Assembly: GCA_040954595.2 (NCBI GenBank)
Contig: CM082583.2
Location: 11,694,636 to 11,758,635 of the forward strand
Direction of reading: 5' to 3'
DNA length: 64,000 nt
DNA from: Balanoglossus misakiensis
Lineage: Eukaryota; Animalia; Hemichordata
Numbering within the stretch: position 1 is the stretch's first letter; each line of letters starts with the position of its first letter. A program made the position numbers and the translations under genes. Under the pieces are notes generated by a model. It worked only from the letters and a program-made list of their open reading frames with translations, had not been told where the DNA came from and made no database searches. Shown in pieces: positions 39,401 through 52,900 of the stretch.

Positions 39401-42400
39401 TCCACAATGTGATCAAGTACATAAATTATCCTGACTGCAACTTCAGCTGAGCCAGACAGTGAGTAGGTTAAACTGAACAGAGTGGCCCAATGGACTCTTA
39501 AATTACATCTCCAATATCTGTCTGCCAGAGTCTGGTATGGTTTGTTTTTTCTTTCAATACAAACTGTTGACAATCTTTCAATCCTCTTTGGTCTTACACA
39601 TGGCTAGTCTATACTAGTGTTACACAGATGTGGTTTCACTATTAAGTATATGAAGTGTTGTGTGGCATGCAGTTTGTGGTTGACACATAATGCACAATGA
39701 TCTGGGTTCTTTGACAGGTGGAGAGGAGGGCTTTGAACCGAAGGACTGTGCCGATCTGATCCGAAGGGGTTACACGGACAGTGGAGTCTATGTGGTACAA
39801 CCTGCAGATGGTAAAGAGACCATTGAAGTCTACTGTGATATGGACACTGATGGAGGAGGCTGGACAGTAAGTACATGCATCTACACTTCTAATCTTTATG
39901 GACAGGAAACAGCACACAATCACAAGCGGAAAAACGCAATTTGCTGAATTGTTCTGGCCATGATGACCCTGCCATATGATGACCAGATACAATGACTTGG
40001 CTGTTTCCACAAAAGTTGCTGATTGCCCCTGCTTGGTTTTAACCTTCATTTCTGCCCAGATAGGCTCCATCCTTCAGGTTTTGAATTTCAAAAACACCGA
40101 GGACTGAAGACACAATCCATAACACTACACATTTTAATCGCTCAAAAAAGTCTTTTAAAACTATCTTTTAAAATTGAGGTCATTTTGTAGAAAACAGATG
40201 ATTGCTGTAAAATGTGACTTTGGAAATAATCTCAGTGTACATGAAGGGTGACCTCTAATTCCCTCACATTCTTGCCCCTTTAATACTGTATAAAAAAGAA
40301 AATAGGCACAAAACAGTAAATGGCCCACAGATGGGTTACATGCATGTTGTTCATATGTTTCAGGTATTCCAGAGACGACAGGACGGATCTGTTAATTTCT
40401 ACCGGGATTGGGATGCATACAAGTACGGCTTCGGAGAAATCCGGGGAGAATTCTGGTTGGGAAACCAGAAAATCCACCGTCTAACAGTGCAGGATAACTA
40501 TGACCTTCGAATCGACCTCAGTGACACAGCTGGAAAATCTGCTTATGCCAGCTACGATGACTTTGGTGTGGCATCAGAAACGGTATTCTACAAACTGAGT
40601 CTTGGCAGCTACACTGGCACTGCAGGTAAAATTCAATATTTACAAACAAACTCACTGACTTTTTCTCAAATTACTTTCCCACAAGATAATATTATCAATG
40701 CACTGGAGGGCATTTGCTGCAGGGGTCACACCATGAGAGCTCATTTTCACAGAGTGGTTCCTGGTTTATCTACCAATTTACAACAATCATGCCCCCATCT
40801 TAGATGGACCCAGTTAGATGTTTTGAACATGGTTGCTTTCCCTGCAAGTGATCATTAAAAATCCATCACTTAATCATTGTCTTCACTGTCAAGTACACAT
40901 GACCTGTCAATAGGTTTTGAAAACCCTACCAGACTCAAAACTGTTGGACACGTCACCCATAGTACATGACAACTAGTCTGTGTCAGTTTGGAATGCAATG
41001 GTTGATGACACAGAGCTCAACTATTCGGTTGTGCAGTCACGTCCAACATGAAGACTGAAATCCAAGGAGCTATTCTACCCTCGTAGCTGATAAACATGTT
41101 GCAAAATGATTACGGTCGTGTCAAATACTGCAGAATTTATGTGGTTGAGGAATTGGAATGTCATTGAATGCCAAAGATGAACATTACTTTCGCAAAGACT
41201 TATTTCCATTGACGTATAAGAACGGTCAACACTGTTTTCACTTTCTACCCTTCCAGGTGATTCTTTTGGATCAGAGCGCCACAGAAACATGAAATTTTCC
41301 ACCAGAGACACCGATAATGATATCTATGATGGCCACTGCGCAAGAACGTATAAAGGAGGTTGGTGGTATGGAGCCTGTCACCATGCCAACCTAAATGGAC
41401 TCTATCACCATGGAGACAATCCTGACGAGAGTGGCGATGGGATCAGTTGGGAAGCTTGGAGAGGTTATCACTATTCAATGAAATATACAGATATGAAAAT
41501 TAGACCACACAATTTTGACACACTCCAGTAAAAAATGTAGAATATAGTTTTTTTTTTAAATATATATCCCATGATAGTGCCACCAATGCCTACAATAGCA
41601 TAGCAAATGCCTCAATATACTGCCCAATGTCCTCCGAAAAGTTTCATTTCAAAATCATGACTACAAGCTATTCTCTGCAGCCTGGATCAAAATCAATGGA
41701 AAAGAGAGAGTGATGCCAAACAGATGCCTTTTTAATGGCTAGTTAAGACAGCTGGCAATTCTAATAGATCATTCAACGTACTCAGAATTAATCCAAACAG
41801 GAGCATAACACATGTGAATATCCAATGGCAGTGTAAGGGTTAAGATGACCTATATCATGTCCCATTTTTGTACACTCTTCACATTCAGTTTTCAATGCTA
41901 TTATACAAACTCTCAATACCTATTATATTATCATTTTCACAGTATTTATATTTTTGGGGGTTAAGACATCCATTTAGTTCATTTCGTATATTTAGCAATT
42001 TATGTCTGTTGTAGTTTTTATTCACTTCTCTGACATCACAGGATCTGATTTAATTGACCCATAATCAATCGTCAATAAAGGATTTATCTTTTAATATTTG
42101 GCATGCAACATATGTCTCTCCAATAGACATCTAATCTGATTTGTAAAAATATAGCTAGTGATTAGCAGATTTCTTTTTCCTGACATCCACTGAAATATAA
42201 ACAATACCTCAATTTTATAATTGTAAATTGACCAGTCGCCTTAATAAATGTTACAAAATTTGTCACTGGAAGCTGATTCATTGTCTCATTTCTGAGGAAT
42301 GATGATCAACATATGTTAGTGATAATTTATTTATTGGGTATGAAATTATTTGTACATCATACCTGTAAGTAGAACTGTTGATAGGTTCTGGTGGTGTTAC

Positions 42401-45400
42401 AAAGACCGTTCTTTCATTTTCAATGGAATCTTCCATTTCAATGAGTTTCATCTCCACTTTGCACTCAGGGTCCACCTGTAAACAATCAAAGCACATCACT
42501 GGTCATTGAGGTCACTGGCCTTCACTTCAACACTTCAAAGCCACATCCTGCCTTCAGTGGGTCTCTCTCTCTCTCACATATCAATTGCCCTCTGCTAAAG
42601 TTCTCAGGGTTTCCTTGCACGGAATCATCATGCAGACACCATTATTCAAGTGCCGATCACTAACAACAACACTCATTACTATCATGTCCTTGCTCAGCAA
42701 TCAGCAATGCAGCTCACACACATTATGTCTAAGTACCCTCTTTCCAAGGGTAACCACAGCCACATTCTCACAGCATGCCTCATTCAATTCCATCAAACGC
42801 TAACAATCACATTTTTTTCCACCAGTCTTGCATGCCATCTAGATATCCCAAATACAAGGCTCTTTCCCACACTCCAACAGAACACACTCTAACCCTGACA
42901 GTGGTCACAGCCAGAATTTTGTCTCTCACCTTCTCAGCGCATTCATCAAAGAATGCTAGACTTGCATCATTAGTTGACACAAACGATCTCTCTTCAATGA
43001 ATCTGATAAATGTCTGTGTTTTCATCAACTGAGTGAAGAATTTGTGGTTAGCCTTGTCCCGGCTCTTCAAGAAACCTGTCCATTTGGGGAAATAAAAAAC
43101 GATTAATTTTAGGATTTATTAGTCCACCATTGCTGAAGCTGGAGATTTTTCCTGGTTTTTATTTCTACTCAGGATACATGGTGCTGTCACTGTTTCAGAA
43201 ATAAATTGTGATTTTCCACATAGTGCAACATGTGAACAGCACTAGGGCATTGAGATCAACAAACCAACAAACTGAAAGTAATGATCATTTCTGACACTGA
43301 GGGCACAGTCACCAAACTAGTTCAGGCCAGTTCACACTACTTTCACACACTGTTCAACCATCTCTTTTAAATATGTACTGATACACACAATAAATGCCCA
43401 ATGATTCAGGAAATAAATTTATTACCTTGTAAATTGAAGAGAGAACTTGGATCTGTAGTTCCAATTGTTGGTTGCGTGGTAATTGGCAACAGATACTGTT
43501 TATAACCATGTAATATTGTGGCCATAAACCGAAGGAATGCTTCCTGGATGGACAACTCCATGCAAAGCTATTGGCAGTGACATAAAATACATAAAGAAAT
43601 TTATTGCCAAAGTTTTTAAAATATAAAAAGTAAGGGTTTTGGCTGTGGAAAATAATATTACTTTTCACCTTGCCAATGTCAAACTTAGCTAAAGTCATGG
43701 GCTGCTCTTCGCATAATTGTTTGTACTTCTTTGTGGGCAAGTTGTCTATTTACCTGTTTCCTTTTCTTTGAGAAATCATGATGTAATGGTGCCATCTCTA
43801 CAGCCAAATCATCAGCATGTTCATTGTAGACAGGAACTGTGTATAATTCTGTACACAGTCTGGTTAGAGTATGCCTTAGTAGCTTGGCAGCTTTCTGAAA
43901 GTAAAATGACAAAGATCCCTTGGTCACTTATCGCACTGAACCCTAATCCCACGACCAAATTCTATGCTGCAAAATCATATAAATATAATTTTTGGTTTGG
44001 TAAAGCTCCTTACCTTTGGCAACATTTTCCAGTTCATGAATCTCTTGTCATCAGATCTGTAATTATAGATACAGAAACATCAGCAATCTGCTAGTCAACT
44101 TTAAATGCACCTTTTGCAGTGCAATACCAATACAACGTAATGTACCCACTGTGACAGGAAGCAGGGGAAAGACTGCCCACGTGTAGAAGTTGGCTAAACA
44201 ATGTTAATACCAGAGGATAAATAATTTCTATACAGACATGCACTTTGAGGCTTTTTAATATTATTAATATAAAATTATGATACGATAGTGTCCTGGATGA
44301 AACACTGAATTTAACAAAATCATTTTGATCTATGGCTATACAATCAAAATAAATTCAAGATGCATGGTACAATCAGCAATATAAATTCACTGTTATGCAG
44401 AGACTATTTCTGCTGTTAGTTCACAGATAACACATGCCAGCTAACTATTTCAAAGGTGCATTAACATATTTTCCAGTCCCTTTGATATAGACCACGTGGT
44501 TCAACTTTATAAACTGGACACCTGCAAACTGAACAATTTCTTCAGTCCCATGTGTGTACATATTAAACAGGTTTTACTGTACAATGTACTTCCTTCAACT
44601 ACTACTTTTCAGTCTTCACAGACTGTGACATACTGATCATCACATAGGCATCTATCAGAAAGGACATTTGGCAAAGTAAAAGAGCTAAAACATGCAGTTG
44701 AAATTCTAACTGTACAAGGACGTGCATTTTGCCCCAAAAAATGGCAGTGTTTGGTAGTTATGATTACCTGTCTGCAGTGGACTCATCAGAACACATTTTA
44801 GGCCAGTTGTTGTCAGAAAGAAAGGATGGACAGTTAGGATTCAATGAAAAAAAGAAGAAATGATGATTGAAACCAACATCAATGCCATTAATATTTCAAT
44901 CTACTTCATTTTGTCAACAATCTGCCAAGGTAGCAGTTTCAAGAAATTGATACTTACTGTGAAATGGTATTTGTATCCAGATCCACACAGACAACATCTG
45001 AGGGGGGATCATAAATATCAAAATATCTTGAGTCCACACCAACAATGAACGGACACGGTGCACTGAGCACATCAGATAAACTCAATGGACAGAGTGGAAT
45101 GTATGGACACTGCCATGTAAATGGGAAAATCATCTGAGAAGAGAAGAGAACATGGCGAAGTCAACATAATGGTGGAAAGAGTAATGGCCAATGTCCAAAG
45201 ATACCTAGATATTGCAATAAAGTGTATGTGAAGTTTAAATGGATTGAGCATTCACATCTAATCATTAAGTACTTACAGTGGAGACTGCTTCAGCTACACT
45301 GGTTAGCACTGCAGGTCTCAGAGAGTGTAGCAACAATTTCTGTTCTGTGACAGCAAATAATAAAAGTGCCAAGCAGTTCTCTGGGCCAAGATTCCTCAGC

Positions 45401-48400
45401 AAAGCTGTGTATGAGGCTCCACTAAGTGGCAATTGAGATGTCTGTGGTTGTGCCAGGAATAACGAATCATGGGCAAGCTGCAATACACAAGAATATATCC
45501 TTGATATTATAACGTGTATATTGTGAGAATTTTATTTCACGGCAGATTCTCTCTCCTAACACACCCAAGTCATTTATATCACAATGGAGTTTGAGTTACT
45601 CATGCCAAACATACAAATACATCTCCAGAAAGAGACATTTTGTCTGATAAAAGTGATAAATGCAAGAAGAACTTACTGGCATCATTATTCTTGGTCTCTG
45701 TGCGGTCGGAAACGGTACTTCATGCATAAAATGGGAGATGTGCCTGGAGAGAAAAAGAAACGTTAACAGCGCCCTCTTACAGCGATATGTTTTGAATATG
45801 CTATGATGCAGTGCCCTCCCGCAGCAGACATGATGCAAATATATAGTGAATAATTGTTGTGCTGTTTGGAATTACATTCCTATCCATATGAAAGAGATTC
45901 CAACAAAGCAACCACAATACAGTGAAGCTTGCTTCAAGCTGTACCACTGATTAGGGCACATGCCTATTTTATGTTTCAGTTCAATACGACTGATTCAGTA
46001 TTTAAACCTAGTCTTAATCACAGAACTATCAAACTGTGAATACATATTGAAGCAATATGGTGTCACGACATGATCCTTTAAAAAAGGAACAAAAATCCTG
46101 GAATTTTAACTGTGACTATTTCAACAGACTTTCACGGGCCACTGTGGGTTTTTCTAGCTTCTACACGTCATCCTGAATTTGAACGTGACTGCTTCAAGTC
46201 ACAGAGGGCAAATAAATCATCAATCATCCTTCATTTAGGTTGACAGTCACAGGCTAACAGCATAGCTAATGTGTCATCAGATACTAAGATGTCTTCTTCA
46301 ACACAAGAGGATATCAGGAAATCCTGAGAGAAACTCGAGCCTCTGATCTGACATGGGAAGTCTGCCACCATCTGATAAAGTCTGCCCTGTCTCTAAAAAT
46401 AAACGTCTGCTTCTAGAAATACTCTCATGGCGGAAAATGAAATATGTTCTGAATATTTCAGATGACCAGAATTACTTAATCACATATTGTATTTCACTCT
46501 TCTGACAAAGTCAAAAATTTGACGTGTTATTTATGTTATGTAGTATTTCACAGATTGCATTCTCCAACAAGAACACAGAATATACTGCAACCCAAGGACC
46601 TCACTTACAATAACATGTTGTCCAACAGTAAGACTGAAAACAGTGGGACGTAACTGATCTACAAGCAAGTCTTATACAGATCACAAGGTCATTCAGAATC
46701 AGACACAGACTGACAAACCTATTACAAGGTCACACACAGTGTAAGGTCCTGGGAAACAATAGCAAAGATAGATAACAAAACTGACTTATGTCCTTGATTT
46801 TCCAAATTTGGTTTTCACTATTACCATAAGGAATATGGTCATTATTTTCACAAGATGAGTACTTCCTGAGCTTAAGACCATTGGGAGTATTAATCATTCC
46901 AACAGAGAGACAATCTCTGGAAACATAAAACATTTATCCTTCATGTAATAAATTTCTTAGAACACTGCTGACAGCTTATACTATACACAATGGATTATTT
47001 TTGGAAATGGTCACATGAAAATTGTTTGCCTTCCCCACACAAGAAGTGTCACTTTGAACATGATATGCATGTTGCAACAGGCAATATACTAATCACTAAA
47101 CCTTGACTAGTGGCATTGTGTCTGGCACGATGGTACACGTCCCATTTGGTTGAGACAAAATGGTCTTCAAGGGAATACTTGACAGTTATCAACAAATCGG
47201 CATGGCGATGTGGACAACTTTTGTTACTATGGATATGTATACCACAATGTGGTGCATGTACGAGACAAATTCAATCCTATGATTCATGGGATGGTCACTA
47301 TGGCTACTGTAGACCATGGGGGATGGGTTCAAAGTGCTGTCATCAACATGAACTCCTTTGTGCATTATAATTATAAAACTAAAATTATGGAAAGATACTC
47401 ACCTTTCAATGGGCACTGTATGAGGTCCTGATACTGATAATCTATATAAATATGACAGGAATTTTTTAAAGGCATCAAAGAACGGCCACTGAGACAACAA
47501 GCAGATACATTTATTGGTATGCACAGTCCTTAAGAGTTTGTACGGGTCTTCTTTGTCTTTGGCTTTCATTCCCAAAAGAATTCTCTGATCATCGTCCAAT
47601 TTATCTTCGGGGTACGTTTCGTAAAATGATACTGCTGCACCATACACCTGTAAGTGGGCAATGAATGAATTAGTTTGAAAATTGGCAGCGAGTCACAGAT
47701 ATTGATGATATAGCCACTTTGTACTCTCACAGTCAGTCAGTCTGTCCATCCTGTCGGCCAACTGATGATTTAGATCAGTGACACCAGCACAAATGTTTTC
47801 ATGTGGACAATAGCAGATGAAGATTTTTGGTCTCACCTTCTCCGCTTGCGAGTCTGTCAGTACAAACGTTGAAAAGACTGGCAGTGGATGGATTCGCTTT
47901 GAAGACCAACATTCTATGGTTGCTCCCATTGGTAGACAAAACAATGGCACAGATTCTGGCAGTGGTGAATTCTCATAGTCTCCTGCAGGATATCGACTTA
48001 TTATTCCTGTAATACAGTGAAATTACAAATGTCAAGTTTTCATAATGAACCGGCCTATTGCTCGAAGATGGACAGTTTTATTATCATCCTATATTGGCCG
48101 GTTATTCAGAGAAAGGTCTCTTTTATTCAGATCACACGCAAAAAGAGGATATGGCCTCTATAAATATGACTTCTGTAAATATTGATATCTGAAATTGCAC
48201 CACAATAAAACTTAGATTGCCAATATATTGCATGGATATTAAACTATAACAGGATGTGTTTTCACATCTGAGTACATGTCATGTACTCGGCCTTCAATGT
48301 CTGACTCAGTGTTTGCACTTGGAGTATGCACTTGGAGCTACCCCTTAACATACCTGGATTCTTTTTCTATAGAGGCATAACTTTCTTATATTGCACTGTA

Positions 48401-49907
48401 CCAAAGCATAAACTCTAAATGCAAATGTATTTTATGGCCTGCACAAGTCACTGGATGACAAGTAATGGCTAGGCAAACACAATTAATGTCAACTTGGCCT
48501 GTCAATGATGCTTGACTCTAAATTTATGAAGACTTGACACCGTTTGATAGGGTGATTCTCCTACCTGCATTGTAAGCTATTGCATTGGCTCTGGTCATAG
48601 ACTTCTTATAGCACAGGTAGACATCAGAGCCCGTCATTCCTTTGTTCAGGTTTTTATCGATCATGCAGAATGCATGAGGAGGCATCTCACCCTGAATGAA
48701 ATTAGAGAAGATTCTGTCAGAACATGGACACCGCAGGTTCTAACGCTAAGCTCTCTCCTCAGAGAATCCAGACATACAAGAAACGGCTTTTACTATAAAT
48801 ACAACACAAAGAATTGTACATGTTGACACACTCTTGTTAAGCAATACTTTCAGTTCCACATCAGACATTTGGCTTGATTAATACGAGAGACGACATGCAT
48901 TCATAGAAAAGGTAGTAACTTGATACATGTAGTTATACGTTGAATTCCTTCTCTCTAAGACGCAAGATGGATAGCTACTCAAGCTGTGATGTTTCAGAAC
49001 AGTAGCCTTGTACTCTGGTGCGAGTTTCACCATAAATGCCTTTTGCTGATGTATCAGATACACTACAATCATAACTTACTGAACTAACTGGGGTTTTAAA
49101 AATGTCTTAACTTGCCTTATTTGTCAGTATGACACAGATATCAGTGACAGCTAGTGAATTGTGAGCAGCAGTTTCTGGAGCTCTTCTGTAGGTGATGTAT
49201 ATCCTTTGATTCCCCATCCCGGTTCTGTTATTGACATTTGCTGGACGACCGAACGGTGTGGTGCTGACAATCTCACATCCTGGCATCACTCGTTCCTTCC
49301 CTTCTAGTAAAATTCTGGAAGTGGAAAAGAATTGGATCCGTGGAAGTGACAAGGTTTCCTTCAAAACCAAATACTGTTCTACAAAGCAAAAGTACAGACA
49401 ACTTCTCCACGCAGCCATATTGAAGATACATGTATGCTACATGTATGACGGCTTGACTATAAACAGTGCAGCAACTTACCCAATGTCTGTCAATGGTGGT
49501 TTATCATGACCACGTCTGTAGCAGATATAAACAGCTGGACTACGTAAACTACCATGGTTTAAATCTCCAGGAAAACCTGTTGGTGTTGTTTCCACGCATT
49601 TAAATTCAGCAGGAACCTAAGAAAATGAACAAAATTATTGAACTTATTCACAAACCATTTACATAATTTAAAGTTACAACACATGTCTAGATACTGGACT
49701 ATGTCAGTAGACAGACTCCCAATCTCAGGATTTTTTTACCTTTTCTCCTTGACTTTTGATGATGACAGCGATGTCTGTGATAGGTTCTGTAGGTTTGGAC
49801 ACTTTCAAACTGCTGTCATTTTGCATGTCCTCTTCCAAAAGTCTTGAGGTGTCTCGGAGACCTGCTACTACAAAGTAGTCAGCTACACGTGGACTTCTCT
49901 CATCCAT
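27436..49907 (-). CDS. DENND4: DENN domain-containing protein 4 (MABP-uDENN-cDENN-dDENN-PPR; Rab10 GEF/Crag family), about 25+ exons
   Basis: Start [17 protein letters not shown] (49907). MABP exons ([19 protein letters not shown]). DENN motifs [43 protein letters not shown] and [16 protein letters not shown] exon [20 protein letters not shown]. Large low-complexity exon ~30695-31996. C-terminal [15 protein letters not shown] and SIYRDLLYL. Stop TAG at 27436. Confidence 0.95.
30254..30312. repeat. (TG)n / (GAGT)n microsatellite in a DENND4 intron
   Basis: gtgtgtgt.. run followed by tgag repeats. Confidence 0.8.
38131..41531 (+). CDS. Secreted angiopoietin-like / fibrinogen-related domain (FReD) protein, 368 aa, nested antisense in a DENND4 intron
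   Basis: Exons 38131-38551, 39718-39866, 40364-40625 and 41257-41531 join in frame via GT-AG (1107 nt including stop). Encodes a signal peptide, a heptad coiled coil ([18 protein letters not shown]) and FReD motifs [59 protein letters not shown] and MKIRP. Confidence 0.93.
42074..42079 (+). terminator. Probable poly(A) signal of the nested FReD gene
   Basis: AATAAA ~540 nt after the stop, followed by a U-rich tract, still inside the host intron. Confidence 0.5.
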
Positions 49908-52900
49908 CTTGTGTTGAAATGATTCTTTTGATTTCACATCTACATTCTGAAAATACAATTATTTGAATTATTGATTTGAATATTGATAAAATGTGCCTGA
50001 TGGCTGTGGATATCATATGTACAAGTAACACGATCTACAGTTTAATTGGGATGAACTCGGGTTTAATACAAGACAAATCTGAAATTGTATGTAGCAATAC
50101 AAGAACATTGTATCATACATTAAATGCATATACAAGTACAGTTTGTAGCTAAATGTGCCAATTTTGTGGAGGACACTGAGACTGTGAGAGTGAATGCAAC
50201 TGGGGTATGGGGTACATGTATGAACTCAAATTATCTTCATGACGATCACAGAACTCTTCAAATACATGAGGAGCAAACTCAGCTATGGAATGTGTCTACA
50301 TATGTCGATTACGTCAACACCCGTAATGAAGGCAGACATTTGACAAATATGTGTTTCTGCATTCAGCCGAGTGCATTGACACACAAGTAAATGTATATCA
50401 GAAAAGTGTACAATGTACATCGTACCTGTTTACATACTTATACAAATGTAACACACACATGTACATGTTCATTGTTGCTGGCTTGACCCAGATTCTGACA
50501 TTATCTAGGTTAGGAAAACATTACAACAAAAGTGTATATTTAGACTAATAAAGCCATGAACTACTAGTACCATTTTCCAAAGCCAGACATATTACTCTAC
50601 AGTCAGGTCATGCCGTGTTTACCTATAACATCGCCCAGGATGATTACTGCACTCCTAGAGTAGTGGTGGTGATCACTTTAATTAAGAGAATAACAACCCA
50701 CTAATTTTTGTAACATTTTCTATGAAATGACTATCATAATCAAGAACTGCCATAATTGCTCGGTTCTTTGACCTGTACATTAACCTTGTAATGTAAAAAA
50801 GAGAGCTTGCTATACATCATTGACATTCAACTCACGCGTAAGTCCTCATTGTAATTCCACAGTGAAATGAATACATGTACCAGTTTGTCCTTGAAATTAC
50901 CTTGACATTGCTAGCCATTATTCTCCAACCAGACAAGACATTTTGAAAAAGGAAAATATACAATAATACTGAGAATTTAAAAAAAATATATCACCCATCA
51001 CACAAAATGATAAATTTGCATTCTGTTTCTTGGATGTTGCTTTCGTTTGTGCGCATAATGTTAATGTTACTGACCTATGTCCAGCCTTCAGCATTAATTG
51101 TAGATAAAGGTTTCTGTTTTTTTACAAAGTAACATCCTCCCAATTGTTGTATCACAACATCAGCGACAAGATAATGCGTTGATTTAACTCTATTTGCATT
51201 ATTTACATCTACAGCAGTTTCAGTTTTCATCACCAGTTTGCCCTCTGAGCCAATATGACGCACTACTGACTCAAACTAAAAATTCACTCGTGACACAAGG
51301 AAATTATCCACGTTACATGTACATTGTACATTTTCTATTTTGAACGTTAGAAGTGGCAATTACCATGACCCCTGCATGACATTCCACCCCAATACACATT
51401 CAACCAATTTGCCATCAAACTCCACAAGTCAATCACCCTAATCAATTTCATTGGGTCCTTGAGCGAAACCAAGACAGCTTGAATGCTGACACTTAATAAA
51501 CCAGAAACTAATACCAGAATGTATTCTAAGGTCACACAAAGGTCTTGAAAATGACTTTACCACAGATCCCCCCGGAAATTAATCTGCTACTAATACTATC
51601 CGGAAAAACTGAATCTCATTAACTTGCATTTAAATGTAGCCTTCAACAATGAAATTATTTTAATCAGTATTCAAAAACTACACAAAGGCACATCTGTAGC
51701 AAACAGACAAAAAAATGCAATTTGAATTCTGATTGAACATAAAATCTAATATAAAGTATGAAAAAAGCTATGATGTGATCCTCAAGTATTGACGCATCAA
51801 ACACTTTCATTTTTGGGTAAACAATACTGTCTAGTACTAGCAGTAGAGTAGCCTGAAGTGTTTTTTTATTTTATTTGACAGACTCTACGTTTCATTTTGG
51901 CAATTTTCCAAGTACAATGATGGAATAAACAGTGCCAGTCTGGGCTTTATAATTTCATGTATTTATAGTTACATTAGTCATATCATGTGACACACAGATG
52001 CAGGTAGTATGAGCTGATCATAAACAGTTTTATTTATGAAGATCCATAGAGCTTGTTCTGCAAAAATGCAAAGTTGTTATAACTACATGTATTTAAATAT
52101 TCACAGCAAATATCCTGGATTATTTGCTGTGAATAGTGCTAGATTAGGTGTATGTACAGTTCCACAGCACAAAAAAAATCATGAAGTCGATCCTGTACAT
52201 GTTCATGTTGTATACACATGCAGACCTGAAATCATGCAAATTTTCAGACTCTGTCAGGTCCTGAGAAGTGAAATCTGACAATGACACCACTGTCCATTAC
52301 ACTGCATTTCCCTTTTGTGTTCACAGCACTAGATACGGGAGGAATTTATACATGTACTACCACTGTACATACTACATACACATTCCTGAACTATCCCATC
52401 TGATTCAGGCATGTCCATACTGCTCTGAAATTGGTCCAATTTCTCAAACCCTGTAACATATACATGTATTGCTGGGCCTGTTACAGGTACCAATCATGTC
52501 CTGAAATTTGTCTGTGATATTCTATGTGTACATGATGATGTAGCTGAGTGGAACTCGACCCTCAAGCAAAAGATCCACTGTGCTGTTTGTAGTAAAGACT
52601 TCAACTGGCCAAGACTTTATTCAGTAGTGCACAGGATAGTGTCATGGCCAATGCAGTCTTCTATTGCCTAGTTGAGCAAGTACCGGTATGTCTAGAGTTC
52701 TTACAATGTACCTTTGTGAGAGTGACCACCCACATGACATCACACTAGCTACTTGCTCTTTCAATACTATTACTTGTAGTGCAGGGGTGAACCATTTGAT
52801 TTCTGGGGGGGCGGACGATTTGGGTTTGTCAGCAGCCATTGCTAAAGTACATTTTCCATTGTAAGTCCACTCTTTTGGATGTATCTGGGGCATGATGGGG

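Noticed and set aside
39220-39434. TATAAATA plus ATG ORF as an alternative first exon of the FReD gene
   Set aside because: The ATG is too close to the TATA box, with no signal peptide and no convincing donor.
44764-44775. cag|ACAG|gtaat 4-nt microexon-like signal in DENND4
   Set aside because: Frameshifting, with a poor pyrimidine tract, and expected by chance.
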